Source: Octopus sinensis
Taxonomy: Eukaryota
Direction of reading: 5' to 3'
Length of the DNA stretch: 64,000 nt
Assembly: GCF_006345805.1 (NCBI RefSeq)
Contig: NC_043002.1
Span: 114,762,001-114,826,000, forward strand
The position numbers were made by a program, and so were the translations under genes. This document shows positions 51,825 to 64,000 of the stretch, one piece after another. Below the pieces are notes generated by a model. That model was given only the letters and a program-made list of their open reading frames with translations, searched no databases and was not told where the DNA came from. Every line of letters begins with the position of its first letter. Positions within the stretch are counted from its first letter, which is position 1.

Positions 51825-52919
51825 GCATATATATATATATTCAGATACACACACACACGCACACATATACATATATACATACATCAATACACGCGCATAC
51901 ACACATATGCTTCTGTGGTTTCCTGTAAATAATACTTAAGCACACAACGTTATTCTTAGACACATAGAAACGAAAGTATGTGTTTGTGCACGTATATGTG
52001 AGGTTAAAAATGTATTAAGAACGCAGTGTGAACTCGCTCTCGAACTTGACTAATCTCTTAGCTAATTGTGCTACATAAATATTTTCACATATCTATCACA
52101 GTTCCCATTCCTGTTCCTGTAAGAGTAACCGTTATTTTCATAGACACCCGTTGTTTCACTTCATAAAGTTTATACTCATATAACATCATTGAATTATCTA
52201 GTATGCATGTCCACCACATATCACTTTAAAACATTTTACGTTGCATACACACGGCTCATATAATTACCGAATGTATCAATTATAGAATTAATTAATTACA
52301 TTTACGAGAACATACTTGAATTATAACGCAAATTTAAAGGATATACGTGATTGGCACAAGTGTGATCGCAATTTTTATTATATGTTGGAGTTTCGTGAGG
52401 TCTTATGTATCGACGGCACATTTCTCCGTCTCGCTGAACAAAATATGGAATATGAGTTATCATTTTTTTTATTTGTTTTAATGTAGCTAGCTGTCTACTT
52501 TTACTGATTTAGATTTAACTACAAACATTATGAATTATAATCTATGGCTACCAATGAAGTTGCTGTGCGAAATCGCCTTCAGCTTCCTTTCTTTGACGAG
52601 TCCAGTTTAAATACAGAGAGAAGCTCGCAAAAAAATTAAAACGATATCTGAAAACATAGACTAAAACACAAATCACATTGATCGTATGTCTACTGATTTA
52701 AAACGGATGTGCTACTGTTGTACTTAGGTGTTTGTGAACCAAAAAAAAATAAAGAAGTCCACTCTACCGTACTTCTAAGCATATCAGTAACAAGTAGCGT
52801 TACCTTAATAAACTGACCCATTTTTATTCAGTGGCTCAGTTTAGACTCTTCACATCCCTCACTTACAATGATCAGAACGGAAATATTGAGATCTGCTCAG
52901 TCACGTTGCTCTAGTCCAT

Positions 52920-53100
52920 TCAGCTAGTAAACATGAGTTGTAATTGTAATTCAAAAGAGCCAGCCTTGTCATATTCTGAGACTCGCTGAATTTCCCTGAG
53001 AGGAATGCTCTGCCAGTTGCACGTTAATTTCACGAGCAAGTTGTTCCGTTGATCGGACAAAATGTAACTCTTGCCGTTGTAACCGACGAGAGCCAGTCTG
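52920..53100 (-). mobile_element. SINE family C-related 3' part
   Basis: CAGCCTTGTCA, TTGCACGTTAATTTCACGAGCA and CCGTTGATCGGA are shared with 19637-19968. These motifs read in the same sense as that plus-strand copy, so the strand call is uncertain. Confidence 0.55.
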
Positions 53101-53574
53101 ATATGCATTTATGCATGAATGTATATATACTTTACTATTCTACAGTGGTAGACATCTGGAATAACAAGCCGGAAATCCGATCATAACCCTAGCTAGATAC
53201 GTATCTGTAATATACATGGAATGACAAAGATTATATCACCAATGTACTACTCGGCGGACAACTAAACCCGAGTTATGATACAGCAGAGGAACGGAAAGAA
53301 TCATCAGATTTAAAACTACTCAGGAGAACCGAATTAGAGTCGAATAGGTGCAAGAAACAGAGAAGATAAATCTGGGTTCATAACGAGTAAATAAGGGAAT
53401 ACTACTTAAAGCGAGCGTGTCGACGCAGATGCCTTCTTTCTTGTAATGTGACATGAAGTCAACAAACTAGTGCGACCTAATTGAGTCCACGATCCGTTGT
53501 AATATGATGTTGATGAGAATGTTAAGTGTCCAATGCAGCACGTAGAATAACACTATAATAATTAGCCTGGTGTT

Positions 53575-53778
53575 AATGTGGTGAGCTGGCAGAATCGTTA
53601 TCACACCGGGCAAGATGGCTAATGGCATTTCGTCCGTCTTTATGTTTTGAGTTCAAATGTCGCCCGGGTGTCTACTTTGCCTTTCGGATCGATAAGTTGT
53701 AGTTGAGCAGTGGAATCGATGTAATCGACCTAGCTCCTCCTCCGAAATTGCTGGCCTTGTGCCAGAATTTGAAACCAA
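53575..53778 (+). mobile_element. SINE family B-related
   Basis: GGTGAGCTGGCAGAATCGTTA head, GAGTTCAAAT and CTTTGCCTTTC core. Confidence 0.75.
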
Positions 53779-54719
53779 TATTTAGTGTGGCGCTCCTTTA
53801 TCTTAGATATCTCCATGACAATGCCGTAGATGGAAAAAGAACTTTTATTTAGAAGAATAGGAAATGGCACATATTCTTACAATCAAATTATGGTAAATAC
53901 TCTATTGAATTTAAATTTGATTATTATTTCAATATGTGCACCTTTGATGTCACACTGTCGGGCCGAAAATCAAACATCTTTAGTTAAATATATATTAGCG
54001 AGGCAATATCTATACCGGGAGGTAATATTTATCCATATATGTTAGTGGATGTTCTATTAGAACAAACTATACTGCCGTAGATACCATGAGATAATGTTTA
54101 TGAATAATGTTTCTCTGGGATTTTCGTTAACAAGCTTTGATGAAAATGATGTAGAAAGTATGAGTTAGGTATTTAAATCTAAATCTAAATAGGAACATCT
54201 ACAATCTATAGTACCCTCTAAAGATCCTTTTGTACCCTAAAGTTTATCCAAAAAAATCTTCAGTCTGGCAGGATCTTGGCACGTGTTTTTTTTTTTTTTT
54301 ACATTGTAGAATTATTTTATTGTAGAATCTAGAGGGTCTCTATTTTTTTTTTACATTTGATTTTTCAGAACAACATTTGAATCTACAACGGTTGATTGCT
54401 TTCTATTTATACTACACAGCATGGATGGAACATGCATGGAAATGAAGATGAAATTCTTTGCCATGCTTCACTAATTTCTTTAGAGATTTTACAATATTAA
54501 CATATGGTGTTCTGAATATTTATATTTAGTTCATTGGCAACTGTCTATTAGATTATGCGCGTGACCCAAGTGTTAAGACGACAGAGAACCAAAATAAGTG
54601 TGGATCAAGAAGTTTATGAAGAATTAGTGCCGCCAGATTTCGATTCAGCAATTTGTGTGGTATCCATGGTTGTGGTAGACAAAACTAAATTATAAGATGA
54701 AAAATATGTCATATTTAAC

Positions 54720-54807
54720 AGCCATATGTGTGTGTGTGTATGGGTACATATACATATATATATATAATATATATATATATATGTATATGTATATATATAT
54801 ATATGTA

Positions 54808-54857
<50 letters not shown>

Positions 54858-54859
54858 TG

Positions 54860-54904
<45 letters not shown>

Positions 54905-54954
54905 GTATATATATATGTATATATATATATGTATATATATTATATATATATATG

Positions 54955-55052
<98 letters not shown>

Positions 55053-55090
55053 CACGTACATATGCGTATATATACGTATGTATAAATATA
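54720..55090. repeat. (TA)n/(TATG)n array
   Basis: Direct reading. Confidence 0.9.
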
Positions 55091-55464
55091 TATTTATATA
55101 TGATCCTAATATATTCACTAACATATACAGATACATAAACACACACACACAGAGTAATGCAAATTATAAAAATGACACATATACACATGTAACGTAACAA
55201 AATAGATGGCAGCTAATAGCCCCGCGGAGTTCCTGGTGATTGTGTTGAAAAATGTTGGTCCTATCTTTCATAAGATCTTTATTCACAGTTGTAGCTGTCT
55301 CAGCTGTCAAATTGTGCTGCTACCCTAGCTTGACCAGCTGTCACAGATACAACAACACGTCAAACACTTACGATTTAATAGACAGATTAATAGAACATGC
55401 ATACATACGTATAGACTGATAACAGGCATGAATACGTAGACTCACATAAAGTAGCTTATAGCTT

Positions 55465-57612
55465 TGTTAAGCTATACGCAAACAAACTAGTGGAGACGAG
55501 AATACATTTACCAAAGGTTTATTACTTCAGGTACAATAGGGCGTAAGTCGTCAGTTATTTTTGAATGGTTCACTCAGATTCGTTCCACGCTTGCTCCTGA
55601 CATTCTTCTGTTTTCATTCTCCTTCCGGAAGTCCTTTTCTTTCCTGCTGACCAACTTCCTAGCTAGCCCGTAGCGAAGTATATGTCTACAGTTCATCTGT
55701 CACGAATCCTGCCCTACATAGCGCCCCTCCAGAACTGTAGGCTGTCATTGGAAACGAGATATCGTTTTAACTGTCCTGCCTCTGCGTGCTGTTACTCGAT
55801 TCTTCGTTGACTACTCCTTGTCAAGGGTTGGTGTGATCTGTCTAGGACGGCCCCCTGTTTGGTGGTTTGGCCAACTGGACGGGGCTGTCAATATCGAGAT
55901 GGGCTGATTTCAATCTATCGATGGAGACTGTGTCTTGTCATCCACCAATTAGGAGTTGGAATGTTTTATCTCCCGGTTGTATGACTTGATATAGACCATC
56001 GTAGGGTGACCGGAGGGGGTCTTCATCGTGTGTCACGTCGAACGAACACAAAGTTAGCCGTGTGGAGGTCATTTGGTAAGGATGATCTGGGTGTATCGTG
56101 TGGTCAGCATGGGGACAGGGCGCAACTGGCCCACGCTGTCACTCAGTTGAGCGAGGTACATTTTGACAACCGAGTCTGAATTCGTATTCGGATGGAACTC
56201 TCCTGGCACTGTAAGTGGAGCACCGTATACCATCTCCACGGAAGTGTTGAGATTTTCTTTTGGGGCAGTGCGGATTCTCAGCATTACCCATGGGAGTTGA
56301 TCGATCTAATTTGGCCCGTGAAGTCTGGTTGTCAATGATTCCTTCAGACGGCCGTGAAATCTCTCCACTAATCCCTTATCCTGTGGGTGGTAGGCTGTTG
56401 GTGCTGTTCATTGTGATTCCGAAAAGGTCACACATGTCATTCCACAACTTTGAAATGATTTGTAGACTCCGATCGGATGAGATGCTATCTGAGACACCGA
56501 AACGGGCGATCCAGTTTGCGATGAAAGCTCGGCTAACTACTTGTGTTTCTGTGCTGCAAGAGGGATAGCTTCAGGCCAACGGGCGTAGCGGTCCATCAAG
56601 GTCAGTAGATACGAGCAACTCTGTGAAGGTGGTAGGGGACCGCTAAAGTCGATGTAGACGTGGCTGAATCGGACTTGAGATGGTTCATAGTTGCCGAGGG
56701 GTGCTTTGATGTGTTGATGGACCTTGGATTGTTGACAGGGGACCTTGGCTCGTTGACCTGGTCCAGTCCCCGATTTGCTTGGCCATACCGTGCCAGATAA
56801 ATTTGCTTGACAGCAGCCGCTGTGTGGCTTTAGTACCTGGGTGGGAAAGTCCGTGAATGATGTCGAAAACTTTCTTGCGCCAGGCTGATGGGACGATCGG
56901 TCGTGGCTTGTCAGTGGATATATCACACATTAGGGTTGTGCCGTTAGAGCCAAAGCGTACATTCTGCGAAGAAAGTGATGTGATGGCAGTGCGATAGGTC
57001 TTGATCTCATCATCTGTTTGTTGAGTTGCACCCATAGCTTCGTAATCCAAGCCTTCTGTTATTGGTGCTAGGTAGGTGCAAGAGCTGGTAGGAGCACAAG
57101 AGAGTCCGTCGACAACTGGTCCTTGCCAGCTATGTGTTGGATGTCAGAAATTGCCGATAGCGGTCGTTGTTGGCGTGCAGACCAAGGCTCCAAGAGCTTG
57201 CTCATAGCAAAAGTGTGTGATTTGTGATCCGTGAATACTGTAAACGTGCGGCCTTCAAAGAAATACCGACAGTGGCGGATAACTAGATGGACAGCCAGTA
57301 GTTCCCTGTCGAAAGCACTGTATTTCTGTTCAGGGGGTCGTAGTTGTCGGCTGAAGAAGTTGAGCGGTCGCCACTGACTGTTGATGTATTGTTCCAAAAC
57401 GCCCCCAATAGCTGTGTCGGATGATCAACTGTGAGTGCAATTCGAGCTGACATGTGGGGATGGGAAAGCATGGTTGCTTGGGCCAGAGCTTGTTTTCAGA
57501 GCTTCTGTTTTCATTCTCCTCCCGGAAGTCCTTTTCTTTCCTGCTGACCAACTTCCTAGCTAGCCCGCAGCGAAGTATCTGTTTACAGTTCGTTTGTCAC
57601 GAATCCTGCCCA
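55465..57612 (-). mobile_element. Internally deleted Gypsy/Ty3 LTR retrotransposon
   Basis: The LTR repeat 55605-55718 matches 57502-57612 at ~94% by eye. On the minus strand a purine-rich tract GGAGGGGCGCTA precedes the LTR start TGTAGGGCAGG (55718). An AATAAA and a possible CA end lie near 55465. No TSD was found, so the outer boundaries are uncertain. Confidence 0.85.
55740..57500 (-). pseudogene. pol: Gypsy pol fragment: RNase H and integrase, frameshifted
   Basis: RNase H motifs WRPLNFFSRQLRPPEQKYSAFDRELLAV and FTVFTDHK. Integrase motifs IHGLSHPGTKAT, HVYIDFSGPLP and RYARWPEAIPL. Confidence 0.92.
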
Positions 57613-58726
57613 TTTTAAACATAACGTCTTAAGTTCAATATCTATGTATGTATCTAGCAAAACACACGCATTCTATATATTTATGCTTTAGAATAAAAAG
57701 AAAAACTCACATTGTTTTTATTGTTAATTTGTGCAATTCTTTAATGAAGATATTGGAATTTAACCGATGTATTATTCAAAATTTATATGGTTTTATCTAT
57801 TCATTGATACCGATTAAAGATTTCTTTCTACTGTTTTCCTATTAATATGAAATGAAAATTTGGTCATCTATTATTCATATATTAGCACACTTAGATGTTT
57901 TTTTTTTTATTGTCTGGAATGTCTTAAAGTATTAGAAGGAATGTGTTTCTAAACCATTCTCTTAAGATTGCTGACCCTCTACTTAATTAGAAGCCATTAC
58001 TAAGAGCGGTTTCGTGGCAAAATCGTTAGAACATGAGAATGAAGTTTCTTGTGTTATTTATTCTGAATCTTTGCGTTTCGTGTTCAATTCCCGCTTTGGT
58101 CAACTTTGCCTTTCATCTTTTCGGGATCGATAAAAAGAAAATACCAGTGAAATATAAGGATTAATTGTAAATAGAATATTTCTCTCTTGTCAAATTTCTG
58201 TAGTCGTGCTTATGCTCGAAAATGCTAAAGAAAACGGATACACCCCACTAGATCGCATTCAGTCATTCACTTTATAACCATTACATGTTTTGGGTGTCGA
58301 GGGAATAGATCATACACAAGCATTTAATACATTCCTTTCGTGTAACATGTTTTGTTTGTAGCTGGAAAATCGCAGTTATCAAACAAAAACTACAAATAAG
58401 AGTTTGTATTAACCAGACTACTGCTATTGGCGATGATCTGTAATGACACACACTTCTACGAACACTAACATTCTAAGAACTCCCCGAAAGTTACAGACAT
58501 GTAGATATGCTATGGCCATTCGTTTCGCCAACAGCAATATTCACTTGAACAGTAACACGAATTGATCAACCGACTTGATAAAGAAAAACACGACCTCTGA
58601 CTCACTAAAACAAGAAGGACAAATCTGCATAAGTACAAACACATGCACACGCGCATACACACAATGCGTAGATGCTAATGCATTTACATAAATATATTGA
58701 TGCATGTGTATGTATGTACTTCCGCT

Positions 58727-58762
<36 letters not shown>

Positions 58763-59584
58763 ATATAGAGAGAGGGGGTAGGAAAAGAGAGTAAACGAGT
58801 TACAGGGTAACTAGAGAAACGAGAGAGTAAAGCTTACAGGAAGTTTTAAATGAGTATACATGGCATTGTTACATCAGTGTACGTATGTGAGTTTATATAC
58901 ATACATACATATATATATATATGTATGTATGTACATATATGAGCTTATGTTTGTGTGTACATAAATACATACACAAATACATACATACACTTATATTTAT
59001 GTACGTACGTATCAGCGTGTGTTCATGTGCGTAGATAAAATACATATACAGCTAGCTATCTGGATATATCGATAGATTTGTCCATAGATATACAATTGGA
59101 AACACGCAGTCAGATAGCCCACCATCGCGTTTTATTCAAAAGAAAAGAAAATATTTTGCACTCATCCCATAAGTGCCAATTCTCATCCTTCTTATTTTAT
59201 TTGTTTTTGCATTTTTTTTTCAGTGATTTAGCTATTATCTCCATCAAATCTCCTCGTCTTACAAGTGATATTCACGATAGTTCAGATAAAAATCATTGCA
59301 ATGACTTAGAGTGTTGAGGGCCAAAACAAAACTGACTTGGCGATGACCTTATAGATATACAACACTGTTGGCTGATTTATTCATAGTTGCCATAGTATTC
59401 TCCCCGACCCCCCCCCACCCCCTATTCGTGTACAAAACGTGAAATACGCTTGAAACATAAATGAGTGTAAATAAAAGGAATTTCTGCGTGCTAATATGTA
59501 AATAGTTGTACTCTATCCAAGTTAACTGATTGATTCACATACATACAAACACGCACCCACATAAACACACACTCATACGTGAGC

Positions 59585-59636
<52 letters not shown>

Positions 59637-59690
59637 ATATGTATTTTTATGTATATATATATATATGTATATATATGTAATATATATGTA

Positions 59691-59736
<46 letters not shown>

Positions 59737-59812
59737 CATACATACATACATACATACACACACACACACGCGCACAAACACACACACACACATATATATA
59801 TATACATATATA

Positions 59813-61021
59813 CAAGGGTTGGACAAAATAATGGAAACACCTAGCATCATAGCGTCATGATGTTGAAATATCTACAAAACCGTCGGATGCTTTTTTATTT
59901 TTATGTTTTTTTGATTTGTTATTAGAGTTGCTTAATATGTTTTGCTAAAATTACATTAAAATGACTGATTTGTCGGACTTTCAAAATAGGTCAAATTGTT
60001 GGTGCTCGTATGGAAAGCGTAACGAAAACAAACGAAATATTTTGTGTATCAAGAAGTCCTGTCTCAAAAGTAATGACAGCATTTGAGAAAGAGCGAAAAA
60101 CCACCTCGTCGGAACAAAACTCCGGAAGAAAACAAAATCTTTCAGATAAGGACCGTCGGACTCTTACGTGAATTGTTAGAAAAGATCACTAAAGCACAGC
60201 TCCCAAAATTTCTGCAGAGCTTAATGACCAGCTCGAGAACCCAGTTTCCACAAAAAAACTATTCGCCAGGAGCTGCACAAAGCCGGATTTCACGGGAGGG
60301 CTGCAATCAGAAAACCACTACTTTCAAAAACAAATACTGCAAAGCGTTTCGAGTGGAGTAAAAACCTACAGAATTGGTCTCTAGTGCAGTGGGAGAATGT
60401 TATTTTCTCGGATGAATCAACCTTTACCTTATCTCCGACCACTGGCCGAGTATACGTGTGTAGACATGCAAATGAAGCATTTGACCCAGACTGCCTTCTT
60501 CCAACTGTTAAACATTCAGAAGGATCTGTGATGATCGGCTATATCTTGGAAATCTGCCGGCTCAATTGTTTCTTTTCATGGCAGAATTAATAGTGAAGAC
60601 TATTTAAGCATTTTATCTGATCAAATTCATCCAATGGTTGCGGAACTGTTTCTGGAGCGAAACGCAATCTTTCAGGATGATATGGCACCAATTCACACAG
60701 CTAAAGTTATTACTGAATGGCACGAGGAACATTCTAGTGAAGTTGAACATCTTATCTGGCCATCACAGTCCTATATCTCAATATTATTGAACATTTATGG
60801 TACATTTTAGAAAAACAAGGAGTCGATAGTCTCCACCATCCTCACTACAAGAATTGGAGACTCTTTTAGCTGAAGAATGGCCAAAAATTCCTTTGGAAAC
60901 TATTCAAACTGTGTACCTCATAAAACTCAAGCTGTAATTACTGCTAAAGGCGGTCCTACCACATATTAAAATAAATTTGTTTGAAATTTTAAGGTGTTTC
61001 CATTATTTTGTCCAACCTTTC
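59813..61021 (+). mobile_element. Near-full-length Tc1 (DD34E-type) transposon with disrupted transposase
   Basis: TA-flanked 30-bp TIRs CAAGGGTTGGACAAAATAATGGAAACACCT and AGGTGTTTCCATTATTTTGTCCAACCTTTC. The transposase starts at 59961 (MTDLSDFQ..GQIVGAR) and contains FSDESTF, FQDDMAPIH, LNIIEHLW and AKGGPT, with stops and frameshifts. Confidence 0.95.
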
Positions 61022-61059
61022 TATATATGTGTGTGTGTGTGTGTGTATATATATATGTG

Positions 61060-61340
<281 letters not shown>

Positions 61341-62149
61341 ATATACAGACATGTACTCACATGTATGATATATAATATATAATACATACATATAAAGATG
61401 CGTTTCATTAAAATAACTCTGAAGTAGCTATACGACGCCGCACTCTCACTCAACTCTGGGCCCACGGTTCTTTTGCCGAAACATTTGTGGGTCGGCTGTG
61501 GTAGCTATATCTTCTCCTCTTGACTTCCAGCTTCCTCCCTCAAAACATGTCTGCGCAGCTGGAACTGCAACACAAGTGAGGATCAGGTGTGTACTCTATG
61601 GGGAGAGCAACCCCCGACATAATCGAAGAGGGACACGCTCTCTCTCCGGAACATGAGAAACACAAGAAACGCGACTTCAGTGAAACAACAGCATCAGTGA
61701 AGTTCGTAAGGGGAGCAGAGAAATCATTGACTACTTCAAAAGATAAGAAGCAGTTTACAGTAAGAAGCTCATACGCGTGTTACGAAGATAGACTTGGAAG
61801 AAAGACTGCAATTTTCCCAAATCATCCAGGCAAACCTGGGTTGAAGGTAGACTCGTATGAAAGCGAAAAATATAATTGTGATCGAGAAGGGTGCGATCAA
61901 GATTTTGAGTAGAAGAGTATCTAGTTCAAGAAACTTTTGCAGAATACTAAACTTTTACAGGATTGTTATCGGGAATAGCAAAAGACAACATAATTACATT
62001 TATGCATGAAAATAAGTTAGAAACATCCACAGTACTTTATGCATGCATAAAACATTAGAAGGGAAATATCTTATCAAATAAGAATCGTGTTATCGTAATA
62101 GAGTACGTTCTTACAACAAAAACGATGTTGGCTATAATGTGAGGTTTGG

Positions 62150-62700
62150 TGGTGGCAGTAAAATCGGAGTGATTGGGAGGATGAGAGACACTATCATTTA
62201 TCTTATAGTTCACCCTCAACAGCATCTGCTTGGGAGGTGACCAAGTTATCCAATTTGCTCGATGTTTATTATACATCATTTCTTTGTACTGTTCAGTGTT
62301 GGAATTGCCATTGTAAGCCCCTACAGTAATGTTTGGGTTACGTTCAAAATTGGGGTCATTATCAGCACAAATTTACAAACGTTCCATCTTTTTGGCAATA
62401 TTCTTCGCACATGATTTAAGTGGAGTATTCTCAGCTTGCTCTTCTTCTAACAGCATCAACCCTCTTTTGATAAACTTTCTCTATGAGACACTAGTAACTC
62501 AACCATACCACCCCCCATGATTGCATTCCCTAAAAAAAAATCACCAAGCAATTCGCCCCAAAATATTTTATTCAAATCTCTATAATCTAGATTTCCAGCT
62601 CTACATTCAATTTATACCACAAGCTATGTAGCCTACAGTAGTTCACAATAAACTTCAACCACATCAGCTTTCTTTGATTATTTTAACATGCAAAAGCTAT
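62150..62700 (-). pseudogene. Tigger/pogo-like transposase C-terminal remnant
   Basis: Minus strand VELLVSHRESLSKEG/LMLLEEEQ...DNDPNFER...YKEMMYNKHR resembles the remembered Tigger1 ELLQSHDKTLTDEELLLMDEQ...DSNFERS...YREIF. No TIRs were located. Confidence 0.5.
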
Positions 62701-62799
62701 AAATATTGAGTTCACCTTAAACCAAATGTTACAAATATAGCAGTTTTAATTTAAAACCTGAAACACAACTTCTTTCATTACGATAATATCTGTGCCTTC

Positions 62800-62975
62800 T
62801 GAGGTGGCGAGCAAGAAGAATCGTTACCGCGCAAAATGTTTAGCGGCATTTTGTCTGTGTCGACTTTGCCTTTCATCCTTTTGGGGTTGATAAAATAAAT
62901 ATCAGTTGAGCACTAGGGTCGATGTAATCGACTTACAGCCTCCTCTGGACTTGCTGGTCCTGTGTTAACATTTGC
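62800..62975 (+). mobile_element. SINE family B-related, internally deleted
   Basis: GAGGTGGCGAGC head, GTCGACTTTGCCTTTCATCCTTTTGGGG and GGGTCGATGTAATCGAC. Confidence 0.75.
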
Positions 62976-63957
62976 AGGTGTGTCCACCATATTGTTTTCA
63001 AGGTAACGGTGGAGGGGTGATTACATGCTGAAATACAACCGGATCAATCACGTGACTTGGTCGTAGCTTACAACTGGCGTCTGACGCAAAATGTAATATT
63101 TTTTGACTAAGCAGCGACATAGTTAATTGTATCATAGACAATATGCAATTTTTCATGTTTAACCCTGAACTGAAAGCTGAATGGGTATGCCTATGATCAA
63201 TAGCTTCCCATTCACGACGACCCGTCTTCTATCACGTATTGAACATCTAAGAACATTATGCATAAGGGTCTCTTCAAGTCTTTTGTTGTGTACATTAAGG
63301 GAAGATTTAGTTGCTTTTTGTTGCACGTCGAGCGGCCACATAGAAGCTTGCTTGATGGTTCGCTCAGCGTACAATTGTTGATTCTTATTTTACAGACAAC
63401 TGAAGAGACAAAAGACCAAGTGAAGTCAAACCGATTTTAACACGTGATGATATATAAAACTGAATACTAATAGACCGGTCTGTTGGTTTTCAACTCTAAA
63501 ATTAATGACCAAAAGCAATTATCCCGTCAAGTCACGTGACTGACTGAAAGCAATAATTTATGTCGGTCACGTGGATGGCATTGAAACTTGTAAAATTAGA
63601 AACATTAGCCTATGCGGATGTTAGGCACTCTCTACTTATTCTAATATCAACTAGTTCCTTGTTGCATATTAGTCACCAATTGCTCCTGTGTGTATAATTA
63701 TTTCCATGGTTTATTCCATTTTACTCCACAAGTCTGCCATTTAGATATTATATTTAATTCTTGAGATACAGATAATTATCTTTACTAATAAACACTGAAG
63801 AACCAGGTGAGGTCTGTAGTTAGAGATATTGATAAATAGAAGAGGGAGTGAAGGAAGAAGGAGGGGAGACGTTCGCTCGTGTACGCACGCACAAGTGCAC
63901 GCGCATATATACATGCATGTGCATATATTATGCATATACATCTTTTTTTTTTTCTTT

Positions 63958-64000
63958 TATCCTTTACTTGTTGCAGTCATTAGACTGCGGCATGCTGGGG
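63958..64000 (-). mobile_element. SINE family A 3' tail (continues beyond the window)
   Basis: TTTACTTGTTGCAGTCATTAGACTGCGGCATGCTGG. Confidence 0.7.

Noticed and set aside
63390-63440. Acceptor-like ttcttattttacag followed by TTEETKDQVKSNRF*
   Set aside because: An isolated 14-codon segment with no supporting gene structure.

Overview
AT-rich, microsatellite-saturated eukaryotic DNA, almost certainly an Octopus (coleoid cephalopod) genome, judged from three abundant tRNA-derived SINE families recognised from memory. The window looks intergenic or intronic: no host protein-coding gene can be supported, and nearly all ORFs in the supplied track are microsatellite read-throughs. Recognisable content: about 20 SINE copies or fragments; three Tc1/mariner-superfamily DNA transposons with TIRs (4.9-5.4, 40.5-41.2 and 59.8-61.0 kb); a Tigger-like remnant; a 5'-truncated Tx1/L1-clade LINE plus a second 3'-UTR-only copy, both sitting in (GATA)n arrays; an internally deleted Gypsy LTR element; and Helitron-like pieces. 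The most interesting signal is a set of short non-coding elements, often bordered by (TA)n or other microsatellites. Several carry minimal type-I hammerhead ribozyme motifs and fold-back inverted duplications, which is the signature of Penelope-like element (PLE) termini. One 338-bp near-perfect palindrome encodes a hammerhead on each strand. All structures were folded by eye and all family assignments are from memory; no database search was run.
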